A model generated the notes under the pieces. The model was not told the DNA's origin, did no database searches, and was given only the letters and a program-made list of their open reading frames with translations. Positions 7,816 through 12,723 of a stretch of DNA of 12,723 nucleotides are shown here, piece by piece. The first letter of the stretch is position 1, and every line of letters starts with the position of its first letter. Source of the DNA: Chlamydiota bacterium (lineage in GTDB: Bacteria; Chlamydiota; Chlamydiia; Chlamydiales; SM23-39); NCBI GenBank assembly GCA_050049995.1, contig JASFVE010000056.1:1-12723 (forward strand), in the 5' to 3' direction. The position numbers and the translations under genes are program-made.

Positions 7816-9021
7816 GTGAGATACCTTTTTTTTCTTTTCTTTTTGAATACCCTTTTTGCACAAGTAGTGGAAAGAGCCTATGTTGCGAATAGAAGGGGCG
7901 ATAGTGTTAGCGTCATTGATATTAACACGAATACGATCATTGCCACAATAAATGTTGGAACTGACCCATTAGGACTAGCAGCTACCCCCAATGGTACTAA
8001 AGTTTATGTAGCAAATAATACGTCTCAAAACATTAGTGTCATTGACACTGCTTCGAATACTGTTATTGCTACAATAGCGGCAACAGGAGGCATTCAATGT
8101 GTAGCTGTTAGCCCTACTGAAAATAAAGCTTATGTTGCAGGACTCTCAACTCTTAATATTGTTGATACTTTGACTGACACTCTTACTAGCACACCTTCAG
8201 TTGCAGGAAACATTACAAATATAAGCTTTCTTCCCGATGGGACTAAAGCATACTTAATTGATTCGTCCTTTGATAGAGTTTTGGTATTTAATACAGCTAC
8301 TGATTCCCAAGCTAGTATAATAAGCAGTATTGGAGATCAGCCTGACGACTCTGCTGTTACTCCTGATGGGACCACACTTTATGTATCCATAACTAATGAC
8401 GACCAAGTCAAAGCAATTAGTACTACTACAGAAACTATCGTTGGCACTATAACAGTAGGAAATTCTCCTTTAGGATTAAATATTAGCCCTAGTGGAACTA
8501 CTCTTTATACCCCCAATCTTGTCCCTAATAATATAAGTGTTATTAATCCAGCTACTAATACTGTTACTGAAACAATCACAACAGCCAGCGGAATCGACTC
8601 TATAGCTTTTACTTCTGATAGCACTACCGCTTATGGAACTTATTTTTCATTTGATCAAGTAGTTATTATTGATGTATCTACTAATACAATTACTGGTACG
8701 ATATCTGCAGGGGATGAGCCTCGAGATATAGCTATTACTTCCTTTCAACCCCCTGTTTCTAACCTGCAAGGGAAACAAATTCAAAATACCTTCCCTACGC
8801 AAACAGATATTGTTAATATTTTAACCTGGAATGAAGTAACAAATGTTACATCGTATAACATTTATAGAAATGCTGCATTAACAGACTTAGCAGGATCCAC
8901 AACAGGCACTATTTTTGAAGACCATAAAAGAGAACCACGGACTACTTATTCGTATTATGTTACTGCAGTCAATTCCACTGGTTTGGAAAGCGCCTCTAGT
9001 ACTGTGACTATCCAAGACTAG
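7816..9021 (+). CDS. Secreted YVTN/YncE-type 7-bladed beta-propeller protein with C-terminal FN3-like domain (paralog 2)
   Basis: GTG 7816 with GAGG RBS at 7805-7808 gives signal peptide MRYLFFLFFLNTLFA-Q, matching the paralogs (preferred over ATG 7780). Seven YVTN blades; C-terminal FPTQTDIVNILTW...YNIYR...FEDH...YSYYVTAVN. Confidence 0.9.
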   Translation: MRYLFFLFFLNTLFAQVVERAYVANRRGDSVSVIDINTNTIIATINVGTDPLGLAATPNGTKVYVANNTSQNISVIDTASNTVIATIAATGGIQCVAVSPTENKAYVAGLSTLNIVDTLTDTLTSTPSVAGNITNISFLPDGTKAYLIDSSFDRVLVFNTATDSQASIISSIGDQPDDSAVTPDGTTLYVSITNDDQVKAISTTTETIVGTITVGNSPLGLNISPSGTTLYTPNLVPNNISVINPATNTVTETITTASGIDSIAFTSDSTTAYGTYFSFDQVVIIDVSTNTITGTISAGDEPRDIAITSFQPPVSNLQGKQIQNTFPTQTDIVNILTWNEVTNVTSYNIYRNAALTDLAGSTTGTIFEDHKREPRTTYSYYVTAVNSTGLESASSTVTIQD

Positions 9022-9031
9022 TCTTTTCATT

Positions 9032-9062
9032 AACAGGCATTTGTTTTCAATGCCTGTTTTTT
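9032..9062 (+). terminator. Intrinsic terminator after paralog 2
   Basis: 10-bp stem AACAGGCATT / AATGCCTGTT with 7-nt loop TGTTTTC and a T tract. Same stem arms as the terminator at 7713. Confidence 0.82.
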
Positions 9063-9070
9063 CATTTTTC

Positions 9071-9116
9071 TAATTTTTACTTCACTAATAAACATTTTTT
9101 TAATGTAATGCTTGCA
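9071..9116 (+). repeat. Conserved 46-bp intergenic box, copy 2 (probably promoter/operator of paralog 3)
   Basis: TAATTTTTACTTCACTAATAAACATTTTTTTAATGTAATGCTTGCA; one T/C difference from 7743-7788. Confidence 0.85.
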
Positions 9117-9138
9117 TATTTTTAACAAGGAAAGATGT

Positions 9139-10344
9139 ATGAGATATATTTTCTTTTTTTTACTGCTAACTACTCTTTCAGCAGAAATAATCAGAGCCTA
9201 TGTTCCAAATGGAGAATCAAACTCTGTCAGTGTCATCGATATTTCTTCCAACACTGTCATAGCTACTATTGCGGTAGGGAACGCCCCTCGCAAAGATGCA
9301 GTTACCCCTGATGGAACTAAAGTCTATGTCACAAATGCTGTCTCCGCAAATATTAGCATTATTGATACTGCCTCCAACACGGTTATAGGCACTATAACAA
9401 CAACAAGCCCTAGTGGGATAGATATCACACCTGATGGAACAAAGGCATATGTATCAAATTCTACAGCAAACAATGTCAATGTGATTGACATTTCTTCCAA
9501 TACTATTATTGCTACTATTGCTGTAGGCGACACCCCTCAGAATGTGGCTATTGCACCTAATGGAGCTAAAGCCTATATAATGAATATAGGCGCTGTAGAT
9601 AATATTAGTGTTATTGACATTTCCACGAACACTGTCATTGCTACTATTACTGCTGGAGACGTTCCTGCGAATCTAGCCATCTCACCTGATAGTACTAGAG
9701 CATATGTAGTTAATCAAAATGATAATAATGTCAGTGTCATCGATACTGCCAGTAATACTGTCATCGCTACAGTTAATGTAGGGAACAATCCTAGTGATGT
9801 TGCTATCACTTTTGATCAAAGTAAGATATACGTAACTAATGGATTTAATGGTAACTCTGTTAGTGTCATAGATGCTTCTTCAAACTTAGTCATTGCTACT
9901 ATCGCTGTAGGGACATCTCCTTCAGGAGTAGCCATTACCCCTGATAACACTAAGGCATATGTAAGCAATAGATTTTCCAATAATGTTAGTGTCATAGATA
10001 TTTCGACAAACACTGTTATTGCTACCATCGCTGTAGGAAGTGGTCCTCGTTCATTTGCTATTACCCCAAACTTATTTCCAGCTAATTTAACAGCACAACG
10101 AGAAAATATTTTATTTCCTACACAAACCGATATTGTCAATATTTTAACTTGGGAAAAACCTTTCAACTCTCAATATTTCAATATTTATAGAGACGTAAAT
10201 TTGACCAACTTAGCAGGATCTACAACTGGCACTATTTTTGAAGATCACTCAAGAGCCCCTGAAGAAACTGACTCTTATTTTATTACTTCTATTAACATCT
10301 ATGGCAATGAAAGCGTTTCTAGTTCCATTACTATTCGAGACTAA
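9139..10344 (+). CDS. Secreted YVTN/YncE-type 7-bladed beta-propeller protein with C-terminal FN3-like domain (paralog 3)
   Basis: ATG 9139 after AAGGAAAG gives signal peptide MRYIFFFLLLTTLSA-E (preferred over TTG 9112). Seven very regular blades (TPDGTKVYVTN...VSVIDxSxNTVIATIAVG); same C-terminal domain as paralogs 1 and 2. Confidence 0.92.
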   Translation: MRYIFFFLLLTTLSAEIIRAYVPNGESNSVSVIDISSNTVIATIAVGNAPRKDAVTPDGTKVYVTNAVSANISIIDTASNTVIGTITTTSPSGIDITPDGTKAYVSNSTANNVNVIDISSNTIIATIAVGDTPQNVAIAPNGAKAYIMNIGAVDNISVIDISTNTVIATITAGDVPANLAISPDSTRAYVVNQNDNNVSVIDTASNTVIATVNVGNNPSDVAITFDQSKIYVTNGFNGNSVSVIDASSNLVIATIAVGTSPSGVAITPDNTKAYVSNRFSNNVSVIDISTNTVIATIAVGSGPRSFAITPNLFPANLTAQRENILFPTQTDIVNILTWEKPFNSQYFNIYRDVNLTNLAGSTTGTIFEDHSRAPEETDSYFITSINIYGNESVSSSITIRD

Positions 10345-10406
10345 ATTCATAAGTGTTGCAAAGTAATTCTCTTGCTAAGAATTTTATCTTATTAAAGAAT
10401 GCAGAA

Positions 10407-11234
10407 ATGAAAACAATATGTTTAATTTTTCTATCTACCATACTTATAAGCGCTTCCAAAGCACCTAAAAGGGAAATGTTTGAAATTAAATCTGAATTTT
10501 TATCGGAGACAAAAGCACCTATCTATACGAATGCTAGCGCAGGTAATTTTTCCCATAGAGCTATTAATGCCTTACTAAAAAAAGAAACCCTATTAGATGA
10601 AAGTGTTTTTTTCTACGCTCAACTAGAAGATGCTTTAAGACATGCTTCTTTAACAAATGGATATGCTTTTATCAAGTTGTATGAAGATCCAGATCAAGTG
10701 GTTGACTTAGAAAGTGCTTTAGGATTAAGGGAGTATAAAATCATTAAAATGGTCTCTGTTATTCGTATGAAAAATGCGTTGCATCTTTTCCAACATAAAA
10801 AAGCTTTAGCTAAAAAAATCTCTTTAAAAAAGGTAGCAAGCTCACCTGATCTTCTAAGAAAAACAGCTAACTTTATAGGAAAAGGGAAATATTTACAGAT
10901 TGAAGTACCAGGCGGATCAGATGAGGCTGCTAAATTATTAGTTTCAAAAGAGTTTGATTTATCTACTGGAATTATAGGATGCCCTTTACTCTGCGAGGTT
11001 TTTTCAGATCTATCTATTGTAGAAAAAAATGTCCAAGATTACTCCAATAACTATGAAGTTTACGCTCTTATCCAAGTAAAAAAAAGAGAGCAAAAAGTAG
11101 ATATTGAAAGTACAGAACAAGAAATTATCAGCACGACAAAAGAATTTCAAAATAAACTAAGTCACCAAAATGATGGTAACCAAGTTCTTATTTTATCTGA
11201 TGAATTTCCTTTATTAAAGAAGCCTTCTTCATAA
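10407..11234 (+). CDS. Exported prephenate-dehydratase-fold (PDT/PBP2-like) protein, probably non-catalytic
   Basis: ATG 10407 begins a signal-like MKTICLIFLSTILISA. PDT-like blocks in order: ASAGNFSHRA, YAFIKLYED, KVASSPDLLRKTANFI, GSDEAAKLL, GIIG...LSIVEKNVQDYSNNYEVY. No ACT domain. Confidence 0.6.
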   Translation: MKTICLIFLSTILISASKAPKREMFEIKSEFLSETKAPIYTNASAGNFSHRAINALLKKETLLDESVFFYAQLEDALRHASLTNGYAFIKLYEDPDQVVDLESALGLREYKIIKMVSVIRMKNALHLFQHKKALAKKISLKKVASSPDLLRKTANFIGKGKYLQIEVPGGSDEAAKLLVSKEFDLSTGIIGCPLLCEVFSDLSIVEKNVQDYSNNYEVYALIQVKKREQKVDIESTEQEIISTTKEFQNKLSHQNDGNQVLILSDEFPLLKKPSS

Positions 11235-12276
11235 TTGCTACAAAAACCTTTTCTATGGGTATCGAAAAAAGACAGTCACTTACCTTAGATCCTCCACAAC
11301 CATCTTGATAGCAAGGCCTACAACTGATTTCTTTAGTGATAACAGTAGCCTGTGGGTTTTGCCAAGGTCCCCAAGTAATTTCTGAAGTAGGTCCAAAAAG
11401 GGCAACTACTGGAGTTTTAAAACAACTAGCAATATGAAAAGGAAGAGAGTCTACACAAAACATGCTGCTAGCATTTTTGACAATACATCCTAATTCTTTT
11501 AGTGTTACCTTACCTGCTAAATTAAGAATTCTCATGGATTTCATCCCTGCAAGGATTGTATCTATCATTTGTAGTTCCTTTACATCATAACCAGATGTGA
11601 CAACTACATTTTTCCCCTCTTTTATCAAAAGCTCTATAAGAGCCCTTACCTTAAATGTAGGCCAGCATTTGAACTGCCACCTTGAGGTAGGATGAATCAA
11701 AACGTAATCTTTAAAAATCAGCCTTTCTAAAACTTTTTTTTCTAAGGAAGCATCTAAAGGAAAGAAGAGACTCCTGACTGCTTCTTCCGGAAATATCCCT
11801 ATCCTTCTTAGTGCATCTATATTTTTTTCTACTGTATGACGAAGAGAAGGTCCATTTTTGACAAGATGTGTATAAACCTTTCTTTTTTTAGGTGACCCTG
11901 GATCAGTTCCCACTTTGTATAAAGCGCCGGATACCTTAGTGACTATAACACCTCTATCCCCTTCTGTTAAATTAATGACGAGGTCATATTTTTTTTTTCG
12001 TATTTTTCTTAAAATGGATAGTTCATACAAAAGCCTTTGTAAGAAAAACTTTTTCTTAACTGACCTGTCATAACCAATAATTTCTTTTATATGAGGATTG
12101 TCGGCTAAAAGAGGTCTAGCTTCTTCATTAATATATGCATCTATCTGACAATGAGGTAATTGACTCTGCAATATAGAAAAAATAGGAGTAGTTAGTAAAA
12201 CATCTCCTAAATTTCGAAGTTTGACAACAAGCACTTTTTTGATTTTTTCGTGCTTAGGATAATTTCCGTAGGACAT
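11188..12276 (-). CDS. rfaQ: Glycosyltransferase family 9, putative LPS heptosyltransferase (RfaQ/WaaQ-like)
   Basis: KVLVVKLRNLGDVLLTTP, YDLVINLTEGDRG, HTVEKNIDAL, IHPTSRWQFKCW, LAGKVTLKELG, VDSLPFHIA, PVVALFGPT...WGPW, CRPC...GC. Confidence 0.85.
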   Translation of the reverse strand: MSYGNYPKHEKIKKVLVVKLRNLGDVLLTTPIFSILQSQLPHCQIDAYINEEARPLLADNPHIKEIIGYDRSVKKKFFLQRLLYELSILRKIRKKKYDLVINLTEGDRGVIVTKVSGALYKVGTDPGSPKKRKVYTHLVKNGPSLRHTVEKNIDALRRIGIFPEEAVRSLFFPLDASLEKKVLERLIFKDYVLIHPTSRWQFKCWPTFKVRALIELLIKEGKNVVVTSGYDVKELQMIDTILAGMKSMRILNLAGKVTLKELGCIVKNASSMFCVDSLPFHIASCFKTPVVALFGPTSEITWGPWQNPQATVITKEISCRPCYQDGCGGSKVSDCLFSIPIEKVFVAIMKKASLIKEIHQIK

Positions 12277-12371
12277 TTATCTTACATGGAATATTTATGG
12301 GAAGCTTAAGATTCTCATAGCTTTTCAAGCAATGGAATTTTATAATAAAAGACTCAAAAAAGGAGAAAATT

Positions 12372-12723
12372 ATGCAACAAACACTATCTATTTTAAAACC
12401 AGACACTGTTAAAAAAAATGCTATAGGGCAAGTTATTTCTTATCTTGAAAAAGGTGGTTTAAACGTCGTTGCTGCTAAAATGCTCCATCTATCTAAAGAA
12501 AAAGCAGAGCAGTTTTACGACATTCACCAAGGAAAACCTTTTTTTGATGATTTAGTAGAATTCATGACATCAGGCCCCGTCGTTGTAATGGTATTAGAAG
12601 GTGAAGATGCGATTATGAAAAATCGTGAAATTATGGGAGCTACTAATCCAAAAGAAGCAAAACCAGGAACTATTAGAGCTGACTTTGCTGAAAGTATTGA
12701 TGCTAATGCAGTGCATGGATCTG
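12372..12723 (+). CDS. ndk: Nucleoside diphosphate kinase (3'-truncated by the window edge; not in the supplied ORF track)
   Basis: AGGAG RBS at 12361-12365 and ATG 12372. Translation: [22 protein letters not shown]...[69 protein letters not shown], including the catalytic His motif. Confidence 0.97.
   Translation, partial: MQQTLSILKPDTVKKNAIGQVISYLEKGGLNVVAAKMLHLSKEKAEQFYDIHQGKPFFDDLVEFMTSGPVVVMVLEGEDAIMKNREIMGATNPKEAKPGTIRADFAESIDANAVHGS

Noticed and set aside
6475..10166. Short ORFs 6475-6657, 6836-7042, 7330-7545, 7494-7724, 9324-9533 and 9816-10166
   Set aside because: Antisense or off-frame shadows of the repetitive, codon-biased propeller genes.
6506..10344. Diversity-generating retroelement (TR/VR pair) in the repeated segments
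   Set aside because: No reverse transcriptase or Avd gene, all repeats lie in intact paralogous ORFs, and mismatches are not adenine-specific.
7780..10406. Longer starts in the ORF track (7780, 9112, 10353)
   Set aside because: They lack an RBS, 7780 and 9112 lie inside the conserved non-coding box, and the downstream starts 7816, 9139 and 10407 give clean signal peptides.
10407..11234. Annotating this gene as pheA
   Set aside because: Catalytic TRF and ENS motifs are absent, there is no ACT or chorismate mutase domain, and a signal peptide is present.

Overview
AT-rich bacterial chromosomal window. The kdsA-hypothetical-lptB order and the protein content suggest an environmental Chlamydiae (PVC) genome; this is an inference. 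Left to right: the 3' end of an unknown gene; an 859-aa DHH/family II pyrophosphatase-like protein with CBS-like segments and large unexplained insertions (- strand); tRNA-Arg(TCT); an overlapping operon dapB-folK-kdsA-(LptC-like?)-lptB; an accessory block of three tandem paralogous secreted 7-blade YVTN beta-propeller proteins that share a conserved FN3-like C-terminal domain, with a duplicated terminator plus a 46-bp box (45/46 identical) between them; a signal-peptide-bearing prephenate-dehydratase-fold protein that lacks the catalytic TRF motif and the ACT domain; a GT9 LPS heptosyltransferase (- strand); and the 5' part of ndk. The most interesting items are the modular propeller array with its unusually conserved non-coding joints, the probable secreted PDT pseudoenzyme directly after it, and the remodelled CBS-PPase-like protein. 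No mobile element, CRISPR array or integrase is visible.
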